DNA from: an uncultured Candidatus Saccharibacteria bacterium
Lineage (GTDB): Bacteria; Patescibacteriota; Doudnabacteria; UBA920
NCBI GenBank assembly: GCA_964600695.1
Contig: CAZRKK010000002.1
Span: 5,354 to 69,353 of the forward strand
Direction of reading: 5' to 3'
Length of the DNA: 64,000 nucleotides
Part shown: positions 18,151-27,017 of the stretch, one piece after another
How positions within the stretch are numbered: the first letter of the stretch is position 1
Layout of the letters: every line of letters begins with the position of its first letter
The notes under the pieces: generated by a model
Database searches by the model: none
The model's input: the letters and a program-made list of their open reading frames with translations, nothing else
Told to the model about the DNA's origin: nothing
Program-made: the position numbers and the translations under genes

Positions 18151-18212
18151 ATTTTTATAAAAAATAGTGGTATAATTAAAACAACTTTAAATTGTTAATT
18201 CGAAACAAAAAT

Positions 18213-21200
18213 ATGGCTAAAGCCGAAATGGCTCGTCAACCAGATCAAGGTCCAGAACCGGCAATTGACTTGTCGAAAACACTCAAAACCAGTGTAGATG
18301 ATGCTAAAAATAGAGCACGACCACGAGGCCGTGATGTTGATTTTGCTATCCAGCAGAATGATATGCGCGAAGCTAATTTAAGACAGGGTCATCCAGACAT
18401 ATCTGATAAAAAAGAGTTTATTCGACGGGAAAAGGCAAAGAACGAGGCGCGTAGTAAGTCTAAATCTGAAAAGGGACCTAAAAAGAATGAAGTAATTCTT
18501 CAACCTATAGCTCCGGCAGAAAAATTAAAAGCTGTAGTTAACCAAGAAAAAGCCGCGCAGAAACAAAAACCAGAGCAAAAGCCGGAAACACAGCCAGAAC
18601 AAAAGATAGCTCAACAAGAACAAAAAGCAGCCCAAGAAACCAGTAAAGTTGTAGAAAGTGTAGTTCAGGAAAGCACTAAAGAGATGTCCGCAGAAGTGGA
18701 CAAGGCACTTGCCGTACATGCAATTAGTCCAGAACATGCTCAGCAAGCCAAAGCAGTTATAAACAATGAACAGGTAAAGCAAGGAGTTTTTTCTAGAGCT
18801 TTTGGTGCTATAAAAGACAAAGCAGTGGGTGTTAAAGAGTGGTTTGCAGATAGTCCTAGGTTAACTTCACTTTTGGTTGGTGCGGGTACTGGTATGGGTG
18901 TTCGTTACGCTGTTAAGGCTGGGTTTATTGCTGCATTTGGAGCAAACTTACCTTGGTTGGTTGCCGCAGGTGCCACTGCAGGTGGTTTACTAGAAGGTGG
19001 GCGTTCATTTTGGCGTGAATCAAAATCCTATCAATCTAAAGAGATTATGGATCGGTTCAGAAGCGCGGATTATCTAGAAAAGGCAGCCATGCTTTCTAAG
19101 CTTGAGGAAGCATACAAAACCCAAAGATTTGATGCGTCTCCAGAAGGTTACCAAGAAATTGGTACAGCTTTGGCTCATGCTCGAACAGAAATGCAACTTG
19201 AATTAGACAAAAAGGATGGCAAGTTTGCTAATCATTCCGATCGAGATAAAATTCAATATATTTTAAATTTATCACAAGGTATTAAGGGTGAAATTCATAA
19301 AGATAATCGTGGTAAGGAAGCCAGAAAGCTTATTCGTGACATCGAAAAGAGCTTAGAGTACAAGCGTGATTTTAAAGGTGTCTTACAGAACAAAAAGATG
19401 GTAGTTGCCAAGGCAGCTCTTAAAGGTGCAGCTTATGGTGGGCTGGGTTCATTAATCGGTGGGGCAGTATCACACTATTTCTTCGAAAGTGGAACAACTC
19501 AAACTGTCAGCCATGTTGTCGAGAACAGACCTACTGTGGCAGATCATTTTACAAAACATTTAGATCATCGAGGTTTAACCGGTGGTGCTCGTGATTCATT
19601 GCATGATTTGATAGAAGAACAAAGAGGTATTGATCCTAATTTTGCCGAAGGAGTCACTGTAGAGCAACTAGTTTATGCAGAAGACACTCTCGCTAAAGAG
19701 GCTATTAAAAATGGCGTTAAGTCTGGCGTTTCGGAGCATACTTGGACTCATGATGAGTTGATGCGAGCCTTAGAAAAATCTGGAGCGGTTGGAGATAGTT
19801 CTACGCTTACTGAAGCAGGAGAAAGGAATATCGGACGATTGATTTCGCATCGACCTCATTTCTTGTCCGAAGCTACCAAAGAGAAAATGCTTGATTTTAC
19901 ACCTAAAGATTTTAATGTAGTTGTTGAGCAAATTACTTCTCAACCAGAAAATATCGTTCTCTCAAACGAAGATTATGCAGCTATTATTGGTGCACTAACC
20001 CTAGTAGCGGCTTCAGAAGTGGCTAGTGCCGCCGACAGAAGAATCGCTAAGAATCGGCTTGAACAAATGCAAGCGAATCCTCCAACTGGCCAGCCAGGGG
20101 ATGGTGTAGAAACAGCTCCAGCTAATAATGTTGTATGGCCTACAGAAGGTGTTCTTACTGCAGAAGAAGCACGTGTGGATAATAGAAAATTCCCTAATGG
20201 CCCACCACCGTCACCATTTGATGGTAATGTAGAAACTACTCCTACACCTAAACCAGAGGGTAGTCCTTTTGATGACGAAAAAAAGCAAAATGCAGAGTCG
20301 ACTACTAATAAAGCAGGTAAGGTTGAGGAAATTGACGAAGATGTTGAAGCTCAAGTGGATGTACAAGATTTGCCTGGTGTAGAAAAAATCAAAGACTCGG
20401 AAGTTACTCCCGATGCAATTAATCGAAAACTGAAGAGTGCAAAAGTTAATGCAGAAGTAGTACCATGGCCTTTAGAAAAGATTACCAACAAACAGAAAGG
20501 ACAAATTAACAGATTAACTGATTTATATATTTCTTCGGCACGCAAGTTAAACGCCTTAAATATTACAAATAAGGTTGTCTTGAATTTTTATCCAACAGGT
20601 TCAAGAGAGTTAGATTTTACAGATTCTGAATTTACCGCTGGTATTCCTCTTAGTGATAAAACTTATAATAAAAAGAGCTTCGAGAGCTTAGTAGATAGGA
20701 TGATTGAAACTAAGATTTCCGAAAAGTTTGCTGAAATACAAAATAACTATGCATTTCAAACAGAGATGCCTGTCATAGGAAATTCAGAGGATGATCAAGC
20801 TGTTGAACAGTATAAAGCTTTAGATAAATTCCAGCGAAACATGGAAGCAATCGACGCAAAAGAATTAAAACGACTAACTTCTGGACTTAAGAAAGTTACA
20901 ATTGGTGACTATTCATTTATAGGTACTGATGAGGTGGTTCTACCAATGTTTATTAGAGACAACAGGGGTTATCATTATAAATCTTTCAAGCCTAACCAAT
21001 TAAAGGGTATGTTGAAAGAGTATTCCAAAGATCGGTTTGCGTTAAAGCCGATGGATTTAAAAGAGCAGAATGATAAATATCCAAATATTGGAGCAGATAA
21101 AAACTTTTACGATAATATCGAGGAAGCTGAGAGGATAAAAGCAGAAGAATTAGTATACAGTGTTATTGAAAATGAATTCAAAGATGGTTTTCCACCAAAC

Positions 21201-21806
21201 GTAAAGGTATTGTTTTCGGATAGATTCCAGTCAAAGCCAGGTGTCTTATACCTCGACATGTCAAAGTTTGACCAAGCATATATTAGTCGTCAGCTTCACC
21301 AAGGATTGCGTCGTTCTGCGCCAGATCGTTTACAGCGCACTCCTGGTCCTGTTAAAGAGCGTTTAAAGCGGGTTTCTCCTGATTATGGGAATAAAAAGTC
21401 TGACCAAGACAAAGCCATTGAAGCAGCTGTTGATAGAATAATTCGACCCGAAGATTGGGAGAAAAAAGAAACTGGGCCAGCTAATTTAAACCATATTGAA
21501 GAACAGAACGGAGAAGATGAGCTCTATAGTTTACTTGGAGACATAGATAAGAAATATCCAGGGTCTATCTCCGAAAGCATGCAAAAAAAGATCTCTAGTT
21601 ACTTAAAAGACAATAATTTATCAGCAGAGGATTTACTAACCGCCGATAAATTACCTAAAATTACGAGTGTTCTTCCTAAAAAACTTGAGCAGTACATAGC
21701 CGAAGAGTCGTTTGCTAAACTAGAAAAACTGGCAATGGCCGACGAGGATTATACTGACGAAGGCATTAGATTAAAAAATCAGTTAGAAGAATTCATCAAA
21801 AAATAA
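18213..21806 (+). CDS. Giant hypothetical protein (~1198 aa from ATG 18213; the ORF track starts at TTG 18192). K/Q/E-rich low-complexity N-terminus, a Gly/Ala-rich amphipathic membrane-hairpin-like segment, then a long hydrophilic charged body.
   Basis: TGgTATAAT at 18168-18176 upstream. Segment LTSLLVGAGTGMGVRYAVKAGFIAAFGANLPWLVAAGATAGGLL. No recognisable catalytic motifs. Confidence 0.6.
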   Translation: MAKAEMARQPDQGPEPAIDLSKTLKTSVDDAKNRARPRGRDVDFAIQQNDMREANLRQGHPDISDKKEFIRREKAKNEARSKSKSEKGPKKNEVILQPIAPAEKLKAVVNQEKAAQKQKPEQKPETQPEQKIAQQEQKAAQETSKVVESVVQESTKEMSAEVDKALAVHAISPEHAQQAKAVINNEQVKQGVFSRAFGAIKDKAVGVKEWFADSPRLTSLLVGAGTGMGVRYAVKAGFIAAFGANLPWLVAAGATAGGLLEGGRSFWRESKSYQSKEIMDRFRSADYLEKAAMLSKLEEAYKTQRFDASPEGYQEIGTALAHARTEMQLELDKKDGKFANHSDRDKIQYILNLSQGIKGEIHKDNRGKEARKLIRDIEKSLEYKRDFKGVLQNKKMVVAKAALKGAAYGGLGSLIGGAVSHYFFESGTTQTVSHVVENRPTVADHFTKHLDHRGLTGGARDSLHDLIEEQRGIDPNFAEGVTVEQLVYAEDTLAKEAIKNGVKSGVSEHTWTHDELMRALEKSGAVGDSSTLTEAGERNIGRLISHRPHFLSEATKEKMLDFTPKDFNVVVEQITSQPENIVLSNEDYAAIIGALTLVAASEVASAADRRIAKNRLEQMQANPPTGQPGDGVETAPANNVVWPTEGVLTAEEARVDNRKFPNGPPPSPFDGNVETTPTPKPEGSPFDDEKKQNAESTTNKAGKVEEIDEDVEAQVDVQDLPGVEKIKDSEVTPDAINRKLKSAKVNAEVVPWPLEKITNKQKGQINRLTDLYISSARKLNALNITNKVVLNFYPTGSRELDFTDSEFTAGIPLSDKTYNKKSFESLVDRMIETKISEKFAEIQNNYAFQTEMPVIGNSEDDQAVEQYKALDKFQRNMEAIDAKELKRLTSGLKKVTIGDYSFIGTDEVVLPMFIRDNRGYHYKSFKPNQLKGMLKEYSKDRFALKPMDLKEQNDKYPNIGADKNFYDNIEEAERIKAEELVYSVIENEFKDGFPPNVKVLFSDRFQSKPGVLYLDMSKFDQAYISRQLHQGLRRSAPDRLQRTPGPVKERLKRVSPDYGNKKSDQDKAIEAAVDRIIRPEDWEKKETGPANLNHIEEQNGEDELYSLLGDIDKKYPGSISESMQKKISSYLKDNNLSAEDLLTADKLPKITSVLPKKLEQYIAEESFAKLEKLAMADEDYTDEGIRLKNQLEEFIKK

Positions 21807-21809
21807 GCC

Positions 21810-22124
21810 ATGATTAAAGATACAATAGACAAGGTTCTTAAAGAGTTAAACGTCAACAATCTATCTGATGATGATAAGTTTGCGGTGATGGAGCAACTTA
21901 CAGAGCACTTTAACAAAATCATTCTAGACACAGTACTAGCTAATCTTAATGACGAGCAACTCCTCGAGTTTAAGAATATGGTTGATCTGGAGGATTTAGA
22001 TAAAATGGAAGAAGGAATTGCTCTTATTGTAGCCAAAATTCCCGCAATAAACTTTAAAATCGAAGAAGCCATTAATAATGAAATCGCTCATATTAAAGAA
22101 TCCAAAGCGATAATCGATCGATAG
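21810..22124 (+). CDS. Small acidic all-helical protein (104 aa), translationally adjacent to the giant protein (3-nt gap). Candidate partner or chaperone.
   Basis: ATG 21810 follows the TAA at 21804-21806. pI is clearly acidic (D/E-rich). Leucine-rich heptad-like pattern. Confidence 0.5.
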   Translation: MIKDTIDKVLKELNVNNLSDDDKFAVMEQLTEHFNKIILDTVLANLNDEQLLEFKNMVDLEDLDKMEEGIALIVAKIPAINFKIEEAINNEIAHIKESKAIIDR

Positions 22125-22234
22125 TTACTTTCTTTTTAAACATAGTTGTGGTATAGTTCTGGTAACTGTCTAGGACTGAATTTATTGCGGAAACAGAAAT
22201 CAAAATTTAAAAATCAAAGAAAACCAAAAACAAA

Positions 22235-22882
22235 ATGGATAAATCAGCAAATTTTGCTTTGATCGTGCAAATGATCGAAGCTGCAGAAAAGAATATTCAA
22301 TCGGCTAAGCATTTATTGCGAGAAATGGCCGGTGGAACTGTATCTAAATCTTCCACTAACTTTTTAGAAAAGGCTAGTGGTCTTGATGTTAGTCAAGGTG
22401 GTAAAGTTGTCGAGGGTGTGTTTGATGGACAAAACATGATTGGTCCGGATAGCAAACAGTACCCAGTTCCAGCTAATTATGCATCCAAATCCAAATTAGT
22501 TGAAGGTGATGTGCTTAAATTAACAATCGCAGATGACGGCTCGTTTATTTATAAGCAGATTGGGCCAGTTGAGCGTCGCAAGTTGATTGGTGTGTTAATG
22601 CAGGACGAAAATGGTGATTATAAAGTTATCGCAGATGGCAAAACTTTTCGGGTTTTATTGGCTTCACTTACTTATTTTAAAGCTCAGGGTGGTGACGAAG
22701 TAACTATTGTTGTCCCTAGTGAAGGTGATACTCAATGGGCTGCAGTAGAAAATGTGATCAAGCATTTAGGTGGTGACGGAAGTTCCGACGGGGAATTTAG
22801 TGCATCCGCTGGGCTGCAAGACCAAAAAGATGAAGACATGGAAGCTGAGGGTTTAGCCTCTGGCGAGACAGAAGAATTTTAA
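22235..22882 (+). CDS. Hypothetical protein (215 aa) with an acidic C-terminal tail.
   Basis: Clean ORF with an A-rich leader. No family recognised. Confidence 0.5.
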   Translation: MDKSANFALIVQMIEAAEKNIQSAKHLLREMAGGTVSKSSTNFLEKASGLDVSQGGKVVEGVFDGQNMIGPDSKQYPVPANYASKSKLVEGDVLKLTIADDGSFIYKQIGPVERRKLIGVLMQDENGDYKVIADGKTFRVLLASLTYFKAQGGDEVTIVVPSEGDTQWAAVENVIKHLGGDGSSDGEFSASAGLQDQKDEDMEAEGLASGETEEF

Positions 22883-22909
22883 TTTTTAATCTTAATTAGG
22901 ATTAGTTTT

Positions 22910-23578
22910 ATGGAAGGTCAGTTGCTTACATTCAATCAAAAACTAACTCAATTGCTGGCAAATAAACCAGTTATTTTGCAAATTCTAAAATTTGCTGCTA
23001 TAGGTGCTCTTAACACAGCTTTAGATTTTATTATTCTCAATTATGTTACTAAAGCTTTTGGTGTGGAATCAGGACTTAATTTAGGCCTTTTAAATGTCAT
23101 TAGTTTTGGAGCAGCAATGATTCAGAGCTACTTATGGAATCGGGCATGGACCTTTGCAGCATCTAATTCTTCTCCTTTATCTAATCTATTTCGGTTGATA
23201 GTTGTTGGTGGTTTGGGGTTTGTTAGCTTTTTATTGGTGGTTATAGGTGGAATTTACAGCGTAGTCGATACCTATTACTTATTCATTTTAATAGTATTTT
23301 TAATTGCAGAAATCTTGATTTGGTATGGTTTTAACCTTAATTTAGGTAGTGATTCCAGTGTTGGTGTCGGTCATCAGTTTGGAATATTCATGATTGTTAG
23401 TTTAATTGGGTTATTGATAAATAGCGGAATTGTAGTAATTGCTTCTATGGCTCTAGCCCCGACATTATCTAATTTAATTAATGTGGATTCTGTAAAGAAT
23501 GTAGCTAAGATCCTGGCAACCATGGTTTCTTTGATCTGGAATTTTGTAGGTTATAAGCTATTTGTGTTCAAGAAATAA
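22910..23578 (+). CDS. GtrA-like polytopic membrane protein (222 aa). Apparent tandem GtrA-type halves.
   Basis: KFAAIGALNTALDFIILNYV...SYLWNRAWTF and a C-terminal NFVGYKLFVFKK pattern, typical of the GtrA family (polysaccharide/lipid-linked glycan translocation). Confidence 0.45.
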   Translation: MEGQLLTFNQKLTQLLANKPVILQILKFAAIGALNTALDFIILNYVTKAFGVESGLNLGLLNVISFGAAMIQSYLWNRAWTFAASNSSPLSNLFRLIVVGGLGFVSFLLVVIGGIYSVVDTYYLFILIVFLIAEILIWYGFNLNLGSDSSVGVGHQFGIFMIVSLIGLLINSGIVVIASMALAPTLSNLINVDSVKNVAKILATMVSLIWNFVGYKLFVFKK

Positions 23579-23612
23579 TTTTTAAAAAAGTAGCATAATT
23601 AAGCTAAATTTT

Positions 23613-23637
23613 ACTGGCGTATAGCCAGTTTTTTTAT
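23613..23637 (+). terminator. Rho-independent terminator after the GtrA-like gene.
   Basis: actggc gtata gccagt plus ttttttt. Immediately followed by a TGgTATAAT promoter (23637-23645) for dnaX. Confidence 0.5.
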
Positions 23638-23722
23638 GGTATAATATAAGGAGCAAAGACAGTGATTTACTCAGCAAAACACTAGCAAATCTGGTATCAA
23701 AATAAATTAGAAACAAATTTAA

Positions 23723-25273
23723 ATGGCAGTATTTTACCAAACATATCGACCACAAAATTTTTTGGAAGTCATTGGCCAAGAGGCGATTGTTAAAACCCTT
23801 CAACAAGCTGTTGCAAGCGGGAAGATTGGTCATGCTTATTTGTTTACCGGCAGTCGTGGTATAGGAAAAACTACACTAGCAAGGATACTGGCTAAGGCCG
23901 CTAACTGTAATACTCTTAAAGATGGTAACCCTTGTGGGATTTGTGATATTTGTTTAAATATCGCCAATGGTTCCTTCTTGGATGTAATAGAAATTGACGC
24001 TGCATCTCATACTGGTGTAGATAACATCCGCGAACTCATCGAACATATTAGATTTCAACCTTCACAGGGTAGAACTAAAGTTTTTGTAATAGACGAAGTA
24101 CATATGCTTTCCAAAGCAGCCTTTAATGCTTTACTCAAAACTTTAGAAGAACCACCATCACATGTCTTGTTCATTTTAGCTACTACTGACATAGAAAAAG
24201 TTCCGGATACGATTATTTCTCGAACTCAGCGATTTGATTTTAGAAAGATTACTACCGATCAAATTAAAAAAGCTTTGCAACAAATTGTTAAGGTAGAAAA
24301 ATTATCTTTGCCAGAAGAGGCTATTGATGTCATTGTCGAAAATAGTGAAGGTGGTTTACGAGATGCTTTATCTCAATTATCATTAGCTGCTCATTTAGAT
24401 AGCTCTGCAAAGGCAGAAGACATTCATTTGTTGTTGGGAACAACATCACGGTCATCAGTTTTGGAGTTGTTGAATTTAATTTCCGAAGGTAAGACTTATG
24501 AGTTAAACGCTTTTTTTAACAAATTAACTCAAGCTAATTTTGATGCTGTTTCTTTTGCCAGAAAGACTTTAGTTATTTTACAGGAGCATTTAGAGGCAAA
24601 TCTTTCTGCTTCGAGTGACGGTAAAAATGGCGCTAATGATTTGATTGCAAGTCTTAGCCTTGCTCAGTTACTTTACATTATTCGATTGTTTATGCGAGCT
24701 TACAAAGAGATTGATAAAGCCTTAACTCCAGAACTTCCCTTGCTAATGGCTAGTATCGAAGCGGCGTTATTTATTAAACCTAACTCGACAATTTCTGTGG
24801 AAAAAGGCCGAAGTGAGCAAAGTAGCTCCGCGGCTACAGCATCGATAATTTCTACAAGTGAATTAGTGGATATACCAATTCAAAAGCAACCAGTTTTTGC
24901 TACAGAAAATATCGAGCCCGAGCAGGATAGTGATTTAAATTTAACAGCTGAACAGGTTAAAGAGTGGTGGCCTGGTCTTGTAGCAGAAGTGAAGGCAGTG
25001 AACAGCCCTTTGTCTACTTTGTTAAAAAATTCTCCTATCCATGAGGTTTCCGGTAATCGAGTCAGTGTAATGGTTAGATACCTTTTCCATAAAGAACATT
25101 TAGAAAATGCCAAGATTCGCGTGATGATTTCCAATTATCTAGGCGAAAAAGCTGGTGGAAACGTAGAATTTAGAGTAGTGATCCAAAAAGATTCGGTTGG
25201 AGAACAAATCGTTGATACGGCCTCTGCTGTATCTGATGCAATAAAAATATTCGGTGGCGAATTGGTGGAGTAA
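23723..25273 (+). CDS. dnaX: DNA polymerase III subunit gamma/tau.
   Basis: Walker A GSRGIGKTT. Zinc module CGICDIC. VFVIDEVHML. Sensor motifs. Confidence 0.9.
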   Translation: MAVFYQTYRPQNFLEVIGQEAIVKTLQQAVASGKIGHAYLFTGSRGIGKTTLARILAKAANCNTLKDGNPCGICDICLNIANGSFLDVIEIDAASHTGVDNIRELIEHIRFQPSQGRTKVFVIDEVHMLSKAAFNALLKTLEEPPSHVLFILATTDIEKVPDTIISRTQRFDFRKITTDQIKKALQQIVKVEKLSLPEEAIDVIVENSEGGLRDALSQLSLAAHLDSSAKAEDIHLLLGTTSRSSVLELLNLISEGKTYELNAFFNKLTQANFDAVSFARKTLVILQEHLEANLSASSDGKNGANDLIASLSLAQLLYIIRLFMRAYKEIDKALTPELPLLMASIEAALFIKPNSTISVEKGRSEQSSSAATASIISTSELVDIPIQKQPVFATENIEPEQDSDLNLTAEQVKEWWPGLVAEVKAVNSPLSTLLKNSPIHEVSGNRVSVMVRYLFHKEHLENAKIRVMISNYLGEKAGGNVEFRVVIQKDSVGEQIVDTASAVSDAIKIFGGELVE

Positions 25274-25360
25274 ATATTCTTCAAAATTCCAAGGCTCATA
25301 AGCAACTTAGATCAATCATAAAAATAAAGTTAAAATCTAAATTAAAATAAAAATATTAAA

Positions 25361-26995
25361 ATGTTTACTAACCCAGAACAAAAAAATAAAAAGATTACCT
25401 TTGCAGTAATAGCGATGGCGGTCGTTGCTTTGGCCGTGGTAACAATATGGCAACCAGGAGAGTTAAGCTTCACGGATAAAACAGATTACAATGCTGAGAC
25501 ACAAAGAGCTCAGGCTGAATTAGCACAATACAAAGCCTTTTTAGCGGAACTTGAACCAAATTACGAAGCTAGTCAACAGTTATTAAAAAAGATTGCTAGT
25601 GCAGATGTAGTTCGTGCAGAAGTTGAGCAGACTTTACAGACAAAGCAGAAAATTGTTATTCCACAAATCGCCAACTCCGAATTAAATATCAGCGATCGTA
25701 AGGATAAAGACTTTGTTTTAAATTATTTGAACACAGTTAGTTCCATGGTGGCTAATTACAAAAATGCAGTTCAACCCGGAACTAATGATTTATTTGTTGA
25801 TAATGCCAACTCTGCTAGTTTGGCTAGGGCTAAGTCGGAAACCGATAGATTTTTAGCAAATTTACGCGGTGTGTCTGTGCCTGCTAGTTTAGTTGAATTA
25901 CACAAAGCTAATATTGTTTCTTTTCAAAAGTACGGACAAATTTTTAATGATGCAGCAAGTTATAGCGAGGGAAGTAACATCGATCCATGGCCAAGTTTCT
26001 ACCAGAGTTACGCTGTGATCGATAATAGATTAGCTGTAGTAAGTAACGAATTAACAAAAGTTGGAAATCAGTTTGCTTTAGCCGAAGAGTTAGAGCGCGC
26101 AACAGGGCCACCATTTATTAAAGTAGCTCAAGCTCAATTAGGTGGTGTGGTAGTAGTTTCTACAGATTTAAAGCGTGATATTTTGGAAGGCATTAAAGAA
26201 GGTTTGGCTAAGTCTTTTGCAAACTTTTCCATGAAGATGCTAGATAAATTAGTCTCTCATATCGAAAAAAGTTTTGCTATTGCTAGTCAACTATATTATT
26301 CCAATGAGCTTGGTAGGTTCTATTCTGTTGAGTATATGAAGAAATTTGTTTCTGATCCACTGGACCAAAGTATTATCCAAAAGTTTTTACCCGAATACTT
26401 TTGTATCGCGCCAAACAAAAAAGATTTGAATAAAATCTTTGTAGCCAAGGCAGCCGAAAATGTGGGTAATGATATAACCATTAATCCGAATGATCCAGAC
26501 TTTGTAGAAAAACTAGCACGGTTGGGAAGTGATGAAAAAAATTATCCACAATGGTGGGAAGGTTACTATCAAGGTTTGGCAGCACAAACAAAGGCAGAGG
26601 CCGAAAGTGCTTCTACTAAAGAAGTTTTGAGCCCTGGAGTAAAAACCGGGAGAGACATAATTACTAACCAAGTTAACAAAACAGTTTCGGCAATTTTCAG
26701 TGTACAAGAAGCGGCAATTTCTGGAGCAATTAACTTAGGAACCAATAACACAGGTAGCCCTGTGAGTCAGTTAGTTTCTGGTGTGGTAGAAGGCTTGGTT
26801 AATAAATTTGTGTTTACCCCAATAAGTGGTGGAGCTTCTAGTGGCGGTGGGATTGGCGTTATCCAAGAAAAAAATGTTTGTCTACAAACTCAAGAGATTA
26901 AGCCTTTGATTCCATTACCTTCATCGGAATACGAAACACCTACAGGAACAACTACAGCTCCAGTTACATCACCACCGTTTGTACCACGTAATTAA
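25361..26995 (+). CDS. Hypothetical N-terminally membrane-anchored extracytoplasmic protein (544 aa) with a Gly/Ser/Thr/Pro-rich C-terminus.
   Basis: TM ITFAVIAMAVVALAVVTIW. No known domain recognised. Confidence 0.5.
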   Translation: MFTNPEQKNKKITFAVIAMAVVALAVVTIWQPGELSFTDKTDYNAETQRAQAELAQYKAFLAELEPNYEASQQLLKKIASADVVRAEVEQTLQTKQKIVIPQIANSELNISDRKDKDFVLNYLNTVSSMVANYKNAVQPGTNDLFVDNANSASLARAKSETDRFLANLRGVSVPASLVELHKANIVSFQKYGQIFNDAASYSEGSNIDPWPSFYQSYAVIDNRLAVVSNELTKVGNQFALAEELERATGPPFIKVAQAQLGGVVVVSTDLKRDILEGIKEGLAKSFANFSMKMLDKLVSHIEKSFAIASQLYYSNELGRFYSVEYMKKFVSDPLDQSIIQKFLPEYFCIAPNKKDLNKIFVAKAAENVGNDITINPNDPDFVEKLARLGSDEKNYPQWWEGYYQGLAAQTKAEAESASTKEVLSPGVKTGRDIITNQVNKTVSAIFSVQEAAISGAINLGTNNTGSPVSQLVSGVVEGLVNKFVFTPISGGASSGGGIGVIQEKNVCLQTQEIKPLIPLPSSEYETPTGTTTAPVTSPPFVPRN

Positions 26996-27017
26996 GGAAT
27001 TAATTTTTAGTTTAACC

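Noticed and set aside
23579-23722. Looked for an SRP RNA (ffs) or other small RNA upstream of dnaX, a common neighbour in Firmicutes-like arrangements.
   Set aside because: No SRP domain IV-like motif or extended helix was found. The spacer is explained by a terminator plus an extended -10 promoter and an A-rich leader.
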